From: Mobula birostris
Lineage: Eukaryota
Assembly (NCBI RefSeq): GCF_030028105.1
Contig: NC_092384.1
Location: forward strand, 17,615,629 to 17,679,628
Reading direction: 5' to 3'
Length of the DNA: 64,000 bases
In this document: positions 50,721-64,000 of the stretch, one piece after another
Numbering within the stretch: position 1 is the first letter of the stretch
Layout: each line of letters begins with the position of its first letter
Position numbers and translations under genes: made by a program
The notes under the pieces: model-generated
Databases searched by the model: none
Told to the model about the DNA's origin: nothing
Seen by the model: only the letters and a program-made list of their open reading frames with translations

Positions 50721-51689
50721 CTAGTTTAACGCCTCCCCAATAGCACTAACTAACCTCCCTGAAAGGATATTGGTCCCCCTGTAGTTCAAGTGTAACCCGT
50801 CTCTCTTGTACAGGTCCCACCTGCCCCAGAAGAGGTCCCAATGGTCCTGAAATCTGAAACCCTGTCCCCTACACCAGTTCCTCAGCCACTTATTCATCCT
50901 CCAGAGCATCCTATTCCTACCCTCACTGGCACCTAGCACAGGTAGCAATCCTGAGGTTACCACCCTTGAGGTCCTGCTTTTCAACTTCCTACCAAGCTCT
51001 CTATACTCACTGTCCAGGACCTCCTCACTCTTCCTTGCTATGTCATTGGTACCGATGTGCACCACAACATCTGGCTGGTATCCCTCCCACTTCAGAATGT
51101 CGTGCAATCGATCAGAGACATCCTTGACCCTGTCACCCGGGAGACAACAAACCATCCTGGATTCTCTGTCACAACCACAGAACCTCCTATCTGCACCTCT
51201 GACTATTGAATCCCCTATCACTACCGCTCTCCTCTTTTTCCACCCTCCCTTCTGCACTGCAGAGCCAGACCCAGTGCCAGAGATCCGGCTACTGCAGCTT
51301 GTCCCAAGTAAGTCATTCCCCCCCCCCCCAACAGTATCCAATGCGGTATACTTGTTGTTGAGGGGAATGGTCACAGGGGAACCCTGCTCTGCCTGCCCTT
51401 TCCTCTTCCCTCGCCTGACAGTAACCCAATTTCCTGTCCTCTGCTCCTTTGGCGTAACTACCTCCCTGTAGCTACGATCTATAATCTCCTCATCCTCCCG
51501 AATGATCCGCAGGTCATCCAGATCCTGCTCCAGTTCCCTAACGCGGTCTGTCAGGAGCTGCAGCTGGATGCACTTCTTGCAGGTGTCGTTGTCAGGGACA
51601 CCGGAGGGCTCCCTGACTTCCCACATCCTGCAAGAGGAGCATTCCAAAATCCTGCCTGGCATTCTCACTGCACTAAACAATCTGAACAA
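50721..51689 (-). CDS. CR1 ORF1: Cys-motif plus coiled coil plus SGNH/GDSL esterase, 322 aa, open
   Basis: CSSC/CKKC; VIGDS, HIGTND, DGLH blocks. Confidence 0.9.
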   Translation of the reverse strand: MFRLFSAVRMPGRILECSSCRMWEVREPSGVPDNDTCKKCIQLQLLTDRVRELEQDLDDLRIIREDEEIIDRSYREVVTPKEQRTGNWVTVRRGKRKGQAEQGSPVTIPLNNKYTALDTVGGGGNDLLGTSCSSRISGTGSGSAVQKGGWKKRRAVVIGDSIVRGADRRFCGCDRESRMVCCLPGDRVKDVSDRLHDILKWEGYQPDVVVHIGTNDIARKSEEVLDSEYRELGRKLKSRTSRVVTSGLLPVLGASEGRNRMLWRMNKWLRNWCRGQGFRFQDHWDLFWGRWDLYKRDGLHLNYRGTNILSGRLVSAIGEALN

Positions 51690-53649
51690 AAAACTTACCG
51701 GAACCTACCCTGGGCTCTGCCTGTTCTCGCCGAAGCCTGTTTGAGCCAAAGCCGTCCCACTCTGACTCAGTCCACTCCAACGATGGCCGCTACATCGATG
51801 GCCGCTGTATATGGTAGTCTGCTTTTAAACCTTGGCGCGCTACATCACGCGCCTGCGCTGTGCAGACCCTTCTCACCGAGCAGTGTTTAAAAAAAAACAT
51901 TTTTTTCTACCCGATCTCTTCACTCCCTTCTTCTCAGCTGCTTGCTTCGACTGAAACCGAACATTAGGGGGGGCTTCTTCACACAGAGAGTGGTGGGAGT
52001 ATGGAATGAGCTGCCAGATGAGGTGGTAAATGCGGGTTCTTTTTTAATATTTAAGAATAAATTGGACGGATACATGGATGGGAGGTGTATGGAGGGATAT
52101 GGTCCATGTGCAGGTCAGTGGGACTAGGCAGAAAATGGTTCGGCACAGCCAAGAAGGGCCAAAAGGCCTTTTTTTGTGCTGTAGTTTCTATGGTTTCTAT
52201 GGTTTCTATGGCAAGTTTGCGGCGCTGGAGGTTTACCGCCTGCGTGAGATGATGGAACCTTCGAGAGACTTTGAGATTTTACCGTGCCCATCGTCTGTTC
52301 TTATCAAATTACGGTATTGCTTTGCACTGTTGGAACAATATGTTATAATTATGTGTTTTTTGTCAGTTTTTCAGTCTTGGTTTGTCATGTGTTTCTGTGA
52401 TATCATTCTGGTACAACATTGTATCATTTCATAATGCATGCATTACTAAATGACAATAAAAGAGGACTGTGTGTCCTCATAATCTAATTTAATCTAATCT
52501 GATATGTAGGTATTCAGAAATCCCAGCTGTTTCAATGTCTTGCTTTGTGCATCACCTTTTCATGTTTTAATCATACTGCCCACAATTCAATGGATCTCGA
52601 ATTTGAATTATACGAGGGGTTATTGATAAATTCGTGGCCTAAGGTAGAAGGAGATGAGTTAGTAACTTCAAATGTTCTGCATAATCGCTTACTGCATGTG
52701 CAAGCAACGAGAGCTGTATAAATCACCACCGTCTACCCTAGGCCACGAATTTACCAATCACGCTCCATATGTTACAATAGTAATAGAAATTATGCATTCC
52801 AGTTCTCTCGGAATTATAGCGAAAAATGTCAATATGCTATCAACTGCTACAAATCACTAAAGAACTCAATGACTCATTCTTTTTTATGCTTCATGGTCTG
52901 AACGTAAAATGACATACAGAATATGAAGTAAAAAGATGGACAATTGTAGATAAATTTATAATGTCGGAATGTAGAAAATATTAAAATACTTCCATTAGTC
53001 AGGTGAAACATTTGTATTTTAAGTCAGGGTTTACACTTTCCTAGACAATTGTTAATCACATTATGCTATCAAAATGTCATATCTTTCTTAATGAGGTTAA
53101 TTTTCTGTCGTCAAGCCCCTTTAGTCCACACTTACTTTTTTTTTATATATGAGATTTTTTAAAAACAGAGAGCATTCCTACCATTGAGTACCTTGTATAT
53201 TCGTTCTGCAAAAATTATCAACTGACCTAAAATTGCCAAACCACCCTGAGTACAAGCGAGTATAAGCATAGTCGTACGATCATCTACAGTCTAGTGTATG
53301 GTGTACTGTAGGTGGCTGATAATATGCTGTGCTTAAAGAGTTGAGCATGATAACATCAAATTCATAGGAGAAAACAAAATGTAAAACAATAGGTGGACTC
53401 TTTTACAGGTACACGGATTAGAGTACTTGTGATTGTTCAAAATCTACAAATCTCAAAATTGTTAAATTTTCTGATTTGTCATGTTCTATAATATGGGATT
53501 ACCCCCAAGAAATGCAATTTCACCCCATTTCTCAATCCTTTTTGTCTTGAATATGAGAATAGTTCTAAGCAGAGTAAATACATTTTCATAACGTGCTGTA
53601 GATTTAAATCTTCATATCTTACGCACATTTAGGATGATTGACTGACTAT

Positions 53650-56600
53650 TTTGAGTCAGTATGGGTAGAAGTCAGGAACAGGAAATGAGGAGTTGCTCTA
53701 TTGGGAGTATCTTTTGGGCCTCCCTGATAGCAGCAGAGATACCGAGGAGCAGATTGGGAGGCAGATTTTGAAAAGGTGCAAAAATAACAGGGTTGTTATC
53801 ATGGGTGACTTTAAATTCCCTAATATTGATTGTCACCTAATTAGTTCCAATGGTCTAGACGGGACAGAGTTTGTTAAGTGCGTCCAGGACGGATTCCTGT
53901 CACAGTATGTTGACAGCCGACTAGTGGGAATGCCATACTAGAGCTAGTATAAGGTAACGAACCGGGTCAGGTCACAGATCTCTCAATGGGTTAGCACCTG
54001 GGGGGACAATGACCACCGCTCCTTGGCCTTTAGCATTATCGTGGAAAAGCGCAGAATCAGAGAAGTCAGGAATATTTTGAATTGGGGAAGGGAAAATTAT
54101 AAGACTATAAGGCTAGAACTTACGGTTGAGAATTGGAATGATGTTTTTGCAGGGAAATGTACTATGGAAATGAGGTCGATGTCTAGGGATCTCCTGCAGG
54201 ATGTTAGGGATAAATTTGTCCCGATGAGGAAGATAAAGAATGGTAAGGTGAAAGAACCATGGGTGACAAGTGAGGTGGAGGATCCAGTCAGGCGGAAGAT
54301 GGCAGCATACGTGAGGTTTAGGAAGCAAGAATCAGATCAGTCCATTGAGGAATATAGGGTAGTAAAAATGAGCTTAAGAAGGGGCTGAGGAGAGCGAGAA
54401 GGGGACATGAGAAGGCCTTGGCAATTAGGGTAAAGGAAAACCCCAAGGCATTCTTCAATTATGTGAAGAACAAAAGGGCAGGACTTTCATATGATGAAAG
54501 ACTGGATCGGCTAGGCTTATACTCGTTGTAATTTAGAAGATTGAGGGGGGATCTTTTTGAAACGTATAAAATCCTAAAGGGATTGAACAAGCCAGATGCA
54601 GGAAGATTGTTCCCGATGTTGGGGAAGTCCAGAATGAGAGGTCACAGTTTGAGGATAAAGGAGAAGCCTTTTAGGACCGAGATTAGGAAAAACTTCTTCA
54701 TACAGAGAGTGGTGAATCTGTGGAATTCTCCGCCACAGGAAACAGTTGAGGCCGGTTCATTGGCTATATTTAAGAGGGAGTTAGATAGGGCCCTTGTGGC
54801 TAAGGGGATCAGGGGGTATGGAAAGAAGGCAGGTACAGGGTTCTGAGTTGGATGATCAGCCATGATCATACTGAATGGCGGTGCAGGCTCGAAGGGCTGA
54901 ATGGCCTACTCCTGCACCTATTTTCTATGTTTCTATGTCCGATTAGAGATAAAGGTGGCACGATATGCCTAGAGGCTCTGGAAGTGAGCGAGGTCCTCAA
55001 TGAATACTTCTGTCAGGTATTTACCAATGAGAGGGAACTTGATGACGGTGAGGACAATACGACTGAGGTTGATGTTCAGGAGCATATCGATATTAAGGGA
55101 GAGGAGGTGTTAGAGTTGTTAAAATACATTAGGACTGATAAGTCCCCGGGGCCTGACGGAATATTCCTCAGCCTGCTCCACGAGGCGAGGGAAAAGAATT
55201 CTGAGCTTCTGGCTAGGATCCTTATGTCCTCGTTGTCGAAAGGAACAGTACCAGGGGTTGGAGGGAGGCGAATGTCGTACCCTTGCTCAAAAAAGGTAGT
55301 ACGGATAGTCCAGATAATTAAAGACCAGTAAGCCGGACGTCTGTAGTGGGAAAGCTGTTGGAAAAGATTCTTAGAGATAGGATCTATGGCATTTAGAGAA
55401 TCATGGTCTGATCAGGGACAGTCAGCATGGCTATGTGAAGGGCAGTTCATGTCTAACAAGCCTGATAGAGTTCTTTGAGGAGGTGACCAGGCATATAGAT
55501 GAGGGTAGTGCAGTGGATGTGATCTACATGGATTTTAGTAAGGCATTTGACTAGGTTCCACACGGTTAGGCTTAGTCAGAGAGTCAGAAGGCATGGGATC
55601 CAGGGAAGTTTGGCCAGTTGTATTCCGAATTGGCTTACCTGTAGAAGGCAGAGGGTCGTGTTAGAGGGAGTGCATTCAGATTGAAGGTTATGACTAGTGG
55701 TGTCATAGGATCGATTCTGCGACACCTACTTTTCGTGGTTTTTATTAACGACCTGGATGTGGGGGTAGAAGTGTGGGTTGTCAAGTTTACAAACGACACA
55801 AAGGTTGGTGGTGTTGTGGACAGTGCAGAGGACTATCCAAGATTGCAGAGAGACAATGAGAGAATTAAAAAGTGGACTGCGAAATGGCAGATGGAGTTCA
55901 ACCCGGAGAAGTGTGAGGTGGTACACTTTGGAAGGACATACTCCAAGGCAGAGTACAAAGTACATGGCAGTAAACTTGGAAGTGTGGAGGAGCAGAAGGA
56001 TCTGGGGGTACATGTCCACAGATCTCTGAAAATTGCCTCACAGCTATAGAGCGTAGTTAAGAAATCTTATGTAGTGTTAGCTTTCATAAGTCGAGGGATA
56101 AAGTTTAAGAGTCGCGGGGTAATGATGTAGGCCACGTTTGAGTACTCTCATTAGGCCAGACTTGGAGTACTGTGTCCAATTCTGGTCGCCCTACTGCAGG
56201 AAGGATGGTGAAGCATTGGAAAGGGTACAGAGGAGATTTACCAGGATGCCGTGTTGTTTATAGAGTATGCATTATGATCAGAGATAAAAGAGCTAGTGCT
56301 TTACTCTCCAGATTAAAGAAGGATGAGAGGAGACATGATGGAGGTATACAAGATATTAAGAGGAATTGATAAAGTGGAAGTCCAGCGCCTCTTCTCCAGG
56401 GCGCCACTGCTCAATACAAGAGGAAGTGGCTTTAAGATAAGGGGTGGAAAGTTCAAGGGGAATATTAGAGGAAGGTTTTTACTTAGAGAGTTGTTGGTGC
56501 ATGGAATGCACTGCCTGAGTCAGTGGTAGGGGCAGATACACTAGTGAAATTTAAGAGACTACTAGACAGGTATATGGAGGAATTTAATGTGGGGGGTTAC

Positions 56601-56680
56601 ATGGGAGGCAGGGTTTAAGGGTTGGCACAATTTTGTGGGCCGAAGGGCCTGTACTGTGCTGTACTGTTCTATGTTCTATA
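53650..56680 (+). mobile_element. Degenerate CR1 (APE end to 3' UTR) with nested CR1 3' fragment at about 54486-54938
   Basis: GDFKFP, KSPGPDG, KFTNDTK; TTCTATG tails at about 54935 and 56675. Confidence 0.88.
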
Positions 56681-56986
56681 ATATTTTATTAGTTTTCCTC
56701 AAGCAACTTCAGACTCATCTGATCCAATGATCTCCGGGAAGATAGCCGACTCTTCTGCGAAGCATACTATAGAAATTCAAAGTTCAAAGAAAATTTACTT
56801 TCAAAGTACGTATATGTTACTGTATAAAACCCTGACATTCATTGACTGGCAGGCATACTCAATAAATCCATGGAATAATAAAATTAACATGATCAATGAA
56901 CCACTTCACCAAAGTGGACGTACAGCCAGTTTGAAAGTCTACAAACTGAGCAAATGCAAAAGGAAAGACATAATAAGAAGTAAATT

Positions 56987-57740
56987 GTCATAAGGGGGCT
57001 CTGGTAGGGACCTAATTGCAAGGCACAGACAATGACGTCCTAGGAACCAGACTTGGAGTGTCAAGAAGCCAAGGGAAGTCAGGATGAAACGATGCTGGAC
57101 ATGGACACAGACCATGGACGAGACAAGGACACCGGGCCTGGGCTAGCACTTGGACTGGGAGCGTAGGACTTGTGCGAGGAACTTGGAACAAGGAGCCTGG
57201 ACTAGGTCTCCGAGCCAGAGACTGGACAGGGACCCAGAACATGGGTCTTGACTCTGGCTCGGAATCAGGATCCAGGTGAGGTCTCGGGACGAGGAACAGA
57301 CGAGACACAAAAATAGTACAGGGAATATGAAACCTTGACATGGACTGGAGGAGGCTCTAGGACGAGGCTTGGACAAGGAGAGGTTCTTGAGCGTGACGAG
57401 AGACTCTAGGACTGGACGAGCAATTTCCAGTCAGGGCGAGGTACTCCAGCACTGGGCTGGGCGTGGAACTTCGGGTTCCGCTGGGCTCGGCTCTTGACCC
57501 TTGGACTGGACGAGGTACGCCTGACGGGACGTGGCTCCAGGACCCGGCTTGGCTCGGCACTTAGGTACTTGGCTAGACTCGGCCCTTGGATTGGGCTTGG
57601 CTAGGCTCTTGGGTACTTGGCTGGGCTCGGCTCTTGGATACTTAGCTGGACTCGGCCCTTGGACAGTGCTTGGCTGGGCTCTTGGGTACTTGGACTGGGC
57701 TTAGCTGGCTCTTAGGTACTTGACTAGGCTCTCTGGTACC
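56987..57740. mobile_element. LTR-like element with an internal about 12-bp minisatellite (57540-57735)
   Basis: Starts TGTCATAAGGGG; GGACT/CTTGG repeats; reverse-strand resemblance to 45420-45700. Confidence 0.5.
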
Positions 57741-57744
57741 ATCG

Positions 57745-60700
57745 ACAGTGATGCTTGCTTACATCGATTTTCGCATAGCTTTTGACTCCAATTTACAGAG
57801 GTAAAATGATGAAGATCCTGAAAGCTTACCGAGTGCCAGACCATCTACTGAGAGCAATAGAGTCCAGCTATAACAAAACCACAGCGAAAGTTGCATCACC
57901 AGATGGAGAAACAGCAGTGTTCGAGCTCCTAGCTGGTGTGCTGCAAGGAGACAATATGGCACCCTACATCATTATAATCGTCCTTGACTACGCTCTACGT
58001 CAAGCTTGGTTTTACCATAAAACCAGGAAGAGCCAAAAGGGTCAGACTAGTTACACTCACAGATCTGGATTTTGCAGATGACATAGTCCTGCTCTCTGGC
58101 CAGATGGATGAAGCACAGCAGCTACTGATAAACGTGGAAATTGAGTGCAATAAAGTTGGAGTTCACCTAAACGCTGAAAGAGACAGAGTACATGGTGTTC
58201 AACTGCGACGAAGATACTCTCAAGACCGTAAAGAATGATACTATTAGGGAAGTCTTTGACGACAAGTACCTCAGGTCAAGAATGAGTCTTAACCACGCGA
58301 ATCTTAAGTCAGTATTCCCCAAACTCCATCAGAACTTGGGCTTTGCGACGAGAGGGGAGGACGCGTTGGACCTTGTTTACGCAAACATTCCCGACGCGTG
58401 CCCGGCGGAGCCCCGCTCCCACTTCGATTACTCAGACCACATCTCTGTGAAGCCAACCCCAGCATACATACCGCTCGTTAGGCGCTCCAGACCAGCTCAG
58501 AAGCAGGTGAAAACCTGGCCAGCAGGAGCATTCTCTGCTCTTCAAGACTGCTTTGAGTACACTGACTGGCACATGTTCAGGGAGGCGGCAGCCGATGGCG
58601 ACTCTACCAGCTTAGAGGAGTACACGGCATCGGTGACTAGCTACTTTAGCAAGTGCATCGATAACGTCACTGTGGCCAAAACCATCACTACACGCTCTAA
58701 CCAGAAGCCATGGATGACTGCGGGGGTGCGTGCGCTGCTGAGGACCCGTGACTCCGCCTTTAGAGCAGGGGCAAGGCCGCGCTAACAACATTGAGGGCCA
58801 TACTGGTCCGGGCCATCAGAGAGGCAAAGCGTGTACACGCCTAGCGAATCCACAGCCACTTCCAGGACAGCAGCGACATGCGGCGCATGCGGAAAGGCAT
58901 TCAGGACATCACTAACTACAAGACAACACCACCTGCCTGTGCTGGTGATGCCTCCCTCCCAGGTGCGTTGAACAACTTCTACGCCCGTTTTGAGGCAGAA
59001 AATAATGTGGCGGTAAGGAAGACCACCATTCCTCCAATTGACAAGGTGCTGTGTCTTACCGTGGCTGATGTGAGGAGAACCCTGTGCAGGGTCAACCCAC
59101 GGATGGCTGCTGGACCAGACAATATTCCTGGCAGAGTGCTTAGAGGATGTGCAGACCAGCTAGCAGAATTCTCTCTGACATCTTCAACTTCTCCCTGAGC
59201 AGCACCGTCGTTCCTCCGTGCTTCAGGGTAGCCACCATCGTCCCCGTGCAGAAGTCATCAGTGTTCTGCCGCAACGACTACCGTCTCATTGCACTCACAT
59301 CCATCATCATGAAGTGTTTTGAGAGGCTCGTCATGAGGCATAGCAAGACCCTGCTGCCCCACTCACTGGATCCCCTGCAGTTCGCGTACTGCCCCAACAG
59401 TTCAACAGATGACACCTGACCCTCACCCACCTGGACAAGAAAGACAAGTACGTTCAAATGCTGTTCATAGACTTCAGTTCAGCATTCAACACAATCATTC
59501 CTCAGAAACTGACTGGAAAGCTGAGCCTACTGGGCCTGAATTCTGCTCTCTACAATTGGATCCTAGACTTCCTGACGGGGAGACTCAGTCAGTCCAGTTT
59601 GGAAGCAGCATCTCCGACACCATCACACTGAGCACGGGGGCCTCACAGGGCTGTGTGCTCAGTCCACTGCTGTTCACTATGCTGACCCACGACTGTGCTG
59701 CAACACACAGCCTGAAACACATCATCAAGTTTGCCGCCGATACGACCGTGGTGGGTCTCATCAGAAAGAACGATGAATCCGCATACAGAGAGGAGGTGCA
59801 TCCGCTAACGGACTGGTGCTGAGCCAACAACCTGTCTCTGGAATATGAAAAAAAAACAAAAGAGATGGTTGTTGACTTAAGGAGGACACGGAGCGACCAC
59901 TCTCTGCTGAACATCGGCGATTCCTCCATAGAGATTGTTAAGAGCATCAAAGTTCTTGGTGTTCATGTGGCAGAGAATCTCACTTGGTCCCTCAATACGA
60001 GCTCCATAGCAAAGAAAGCCCAGCAGCTTTCTGTGCAGGCTGAGAAATGACCATCTCCCACCCCCCCACCCCCATCCTCACTACATTCTACAGAGGTTGT
60101 ATTGAGAGCGTCCTGAGCAGCTGCATCACTGCCTGGTTCGGAAATTGCACCTTCTCGGATCGCAAGATCCTGCAGCGGATAGTGAGGTCAGCTGAGAACA
60201 TCATCAGAGTCTCTTCTCACGCCATTACAGATATTTACACCGCACGCTGCATCTGTAAAACAAACAGTATTATGGAGGACCCCACGCACCCCTCATACAA
60301 ACCCTTCTCCCTCCTGCCACCTGGCAAAAGGCACTGAAGCATTCGGGGTCTCACAACCAGACTTTGTAACAGTTTCTAAATCCCAAGCCATCAGACTCCT
60401 CAATACCCAGAACCTGGACTGACACCAACCTACTGCCTTCTACTTGTTTATTATTTATTGTAGTGCCTGCATTGTTTTGTGCACCTTATGCAGTCCTGCG
60501 TAGGTCTGTAGTCTAGTGTAGTATTTGTGTTTTTTTACGTAGCTCAGTGTAGTTTTTGTATCGTTTTATGTAGCACCATAGTCCTGAAAAACGTTGTCTC
60601 GTTTTTACTGTGCACTGTACCAGCAGGTGTGGTCTAAATAACAATAAAAAGTGACTTGACTTGACTTGACTTGACTTGACTTAAGTTCGGAGAAGAACAT

Positions 60701-61230
60701 AAAGATATGTAAGGCGCTGGTGTGGAGGGCTACGAACGACATTAAGGAAATCTGGGAGTCGAACCAGAGCAGAGGGCTTACAAAGAGGATCTTCATCGCA
60801 GTCATAGAGTTCATTCTCATGTACGGATGCGACACGTGGACACTCACCAAGACTATGCGAAAGTCTCTAGTTGGTTGATCTACACGAATGCTCCGGAGTT
60901 GGCAACAGCATATGTCGAACATCGAGCTCTATGACGACCTACCGATGCTCACCACTAAAGTCGAGGCGAGAAGACTGGAACTAGCGGGGCACTGCCTTTG
61001 CCCCCTTGATCTATCTGCCAGCCTAGTCATCATATGGGAGCACAAGCATTGTGGGGATTAACCCTGGGTGCTCTCCCAAGACTATGGCCAACACGCTGCC
61101 AGAAGACAGCGGCACGGCTAATGTAGATGAACTGAGCACACTGATGAGGGAAAGGGAGAAGTGGAGAGTCTGTCATCGTGACTGATGCCGGCCCCTTAGG
61201 CCTGCGTCGACGTGGTAGTAGTAGTAGTAC
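57745..61230 (+). mobile_element. RTE-clade LINE (RT to (GTA)n tail) split by a Rex1-like element
   Basis: GVLQGD, DLDFADDIVLL; reading resumes at about 60683 (AGTTCGGAGAAG); GTAGTAGTAG tail at 61215-61229. Confidence 0.85.
58288..60680 (+). mobile_element. Rex1/Babar-like LINE, 5'-truncated
   Basis: [34 protein letters not shown]; (GACTT)n tail at 60652-60681. Confidence 0.88.
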
Positions 61231-62063
61231 GGTGGAGATACGTGCAGTGGAAGAGAGCCTGTAACTAATTGAACAAATGAGAATTCAGTGGATACAATGG
61301 TTTTGGACTCCCGAAATGCTGTTTTTATAGATGTTGCATAAGAGTTTATGAGCGGAAATGAAGCAGTGGGAATGAGTTTAACGTACAGACATGCTTACAG
61401 AAAGAAAAAAAAGGAACAAATACATCTTTTCTTCGTGATTGTAAGAGATTAGTGGAGTTTTGCAGAGATCATAGATGGTGTCCCATTTTTTCACAGCGTA
61501 TGTTGCTGATATGGAGGAGGGAATTAAATGTAACATTTCCAAATTTGTGTTGTAGACATAGTTGAGGGGAGAGGTCAGGGCAGTTCGTGAATTGTCATGA
61601 GGATGAAAAGAGGCTCCAATGACATTTTGACAATATGGATGTGTATGGCAACTATTAATAGGTTATCCAATTTGTTTCTAAAAGCAATGATAGATTCTGA
61701 ATGATAATAGATTGAGAAAGGGGCAGGTGCATTGAGACCCATTTGACCTTTTACACTGTTTACTAAAAAGTTTCAAATACAACAAGCATGTAGGAAGGCA
61801 AGTTATTCAATGTGTTTCAATACGTACGTATAATGTCAGAGAAAGGTATAAAATATACATCCTGAAATTCCTTTTCTTCACAAACATCCACGAAAACAGA
61901 ACAGTGCCCCAAAGAATGAATGACAGTTAAATGTTAGAACCACAAACCCTCCTGCCAACTCCCGCCTGCCACACACGAACAGCAGCAAGATAATACCACC
62001 TCTCCACCCTAAACAGCAAAAAGCATCGGCGCCCCACATCAAAAACAAATACTACTCCTTTAT

Positions 62064-62214
62064 NNNNNNNNNNNNNNNNNNNNNNNNNNNNNNNNNNNNN
62101 NNNNNNNNNNNNNNNNNNNNNNNNNNNNNNNNNNNNNNNNNNNNNNNNNNNNNNNNNNNNNNNNNNNNNNNNNNNNNNNNNNNNNNNNNNNNNNNNNNNN
62201 NNNNNNNNNNNNNN
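62064..62214. other. Assembly gap (151 N)
   Basis: Run of N. Confidence 1.
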
Positions 62215-64000
62215 AATGGAATTCAGGTTTCCTGGACAAATAAATAGCTTCTGTAAAAATAAAGATTTGAAGTTTGGAAATAGTGATTTACAAACTAAAT
62301 ACAACTATAGCCTTGTTAAAGTAAGTTGAATAATATTGATAGTTAAACATAAAGTAATCACAAACGTTGATGCAATATTCATATAAGTTATTTTTAGCTG
62401 ATAAACCAAGCACATTTTATTGTATTTAACATACCGTAAAACAAAACAGATTATGTAATCATCTGTATAATAAAGAAGGTGCTTTTATTCATATACCTTT
62501 AATCAATGTCATTCTGATACAGAATTTAGTAAAAACAAATGTTCTGTGAACGAAACTGTTCACAATTACATGGAAGCATTTCTGTTGATGTGTTGTTGTG
62601 ATTTTACCTATTTGTAATTTCACCAAAATTGCAATCAGGGGCTCTGCAAAAATCTGTGGAGAACATGGTCGTAGTCTGATATTTAGTTCGGCACAACTTC
62701 GTGGGCCTAAGGTCTTATACTGTGCTGTAGGATTTCAATGATTCTATGTTTATTCACAGATAAATATTCATGCAATACCACAGTAAGCAATATCACATTA
62801 GTATCCAAAGATGTTAGTTCCAGAAGGTGTCATTGAAAAGAGTAATGGTTTGTAAAATACTGATTTTGAAGCAATATCAATGCTGTTGTGTAACAAGGAC
62901 TTTTTACAAGGATATTATACCACACCAGTAACCACAACGCAGAGCAAAAGCCAAATGCAAACCCAAAACATGTTATGCAATTGTTTCTATTTTGTGAAAT
63001 ATCGTAATATAGCACAATTTTATTTCACCAGCATGACAATCTAAATAAATCATTATTAAGATCATTTGTATACATTGTATTTACATTGTAAGGATGTGCA
63101 CAGAACTTGAAATATTTAATATTGAAACATCTGATATTTCATTTGTTCTGGTTACGAAAGAGACGAGTGAACCTTCTTTCATCTACCTTTCAGGCGATGC
63201 AATCTAGTTCACAATAAGTTAGAAAACAATTATCCTATTATTATTTATGTGTCTGTTTCCAGACAGTAAAACTCCAGTTTAAATCGTCAATATATAGAGG
63301 GTATACTAATGGTCCCAGAATGAATCCTCTCGGACATCACCAACACCATTGTAAAAGTACCCTTCATCATATTTCGATATCTCTATTATAGCTCATACTA
63401 TGAAGATAATGTGATTAGGAATGTTAACTTAAATCTTTAGTTATATGCCACTATGTTTTCTGACTAGACAGATTCATAAATTAAATGTATATATTACACA
63501 ATGCATAATGATCAAACCACATTCCATTCCATTCCCTGAGTGCGCACTGGCAATATTTAAACCAAAGGGAACATCATCAACACTTAATCTTTTCCAGTAG
63601 ACAGTCAACATAAAAGCTTGAAAAACACTACCGACACAGAAACAGAAAATAGTGAAAATATTCAGCAGGTCAGGCACTACCCGTAAAGAGAATAAATGGA
63701 TTAGTTCCAGAACAATCATAATGTTTATGAAAATATAGATCTACCTGAGCATTAACTCTGCTTCTCTGCCGTAGATACTGCCTGACCCCTGCTATACACT
63801 TCCACCAATTTACTGATTTGTTTTACAGTGCTTCAACCCCAAAAGATTAAATATTAGCTTTCTTTGTCACATCTTCTTTGAAATTAGTAAAGTGTGTCAT
63901 TTGAGTCAAATCAATTCAGCGAACGTTCTGGTGGCTGCAGACTACAAGTGTCAGCATCCTTCCAGCCCCAACATTGCATGGCCACAATTTACTGCCCCTC

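Larger units (their letters stand above)
47715..51958 (-). mobile_element. Near full-length young CR1
   Basis: 5' UTR, intact ORF1, collinear APE-RT ORF2, (TTTCTATGG)n tail. Confidence 0.95.
47560..52210 (+). mobile_element. Short plus-strand CR1 3' end split into 47560-47714 and 51959-52210
   Basis: ...GGGGAAAAGTTTA | GAACATTAGGGG... is continuous with the family sequence apart from about 4 nt. Confidence 0.85.
47330..52500 (+). repeat. Host repeat (LINE-tail/SINE-like, (AATCT)n tail) split by nested CR1s
   Basis: Left part ends GGAATGCTGCTTCG at about 47559; resumes GCAAGTTTGCGG at 52211; AATAAA plus AATCT tail at 52456-52500. Confidence 0.55.

Noticed and set aside
57012-57560. Pro/Ser-rich ORFs, also at 44962-45716
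   Set aside because: By-products of minisatellite-rich LTR-like sequence
63241-63420. Exon-like segment near the window end
   Set aside because: The minus strand matches a decayed CR1 RT motif ([17 protein letters not shown]-like)

Overview
Vertebrate genomic DNA, most likely from a cartilaginous fish (inferred from the repeat families and the Ig-gene type). Most of the window is nested retroelements: many CR1 LINEs (one near full-length with an intact esterase ORF1), an L1/Tx1-like LINE, RTE and Rex1-like LINEs, Gypsy remnants, solo-LTR-like pieces and SINE/MITE-like repeats. It also holds a TSD-bounded class I endogenous retrovirus (24927-32124, tRNA-Arg PBS, internally deleted). The one host gene I can reconstruct lies on the minus strand at about 10.1-15.9 kb. 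It is a spliced immunoglobulin-superfamily receptor: leader, germline-joined V(J)-type domain, C1-set domain, TM with a charged residue, and short cytoplasmic exons. This is a non-rearranging antigen-receptor-like gene. Its 3' end is unresolved, and it has candidate alternative exons and what looks like a decayed ITIM. There is an assembly gap at 62064-62214. Coordinates were read by eye, so repeat boundaries are approximate.
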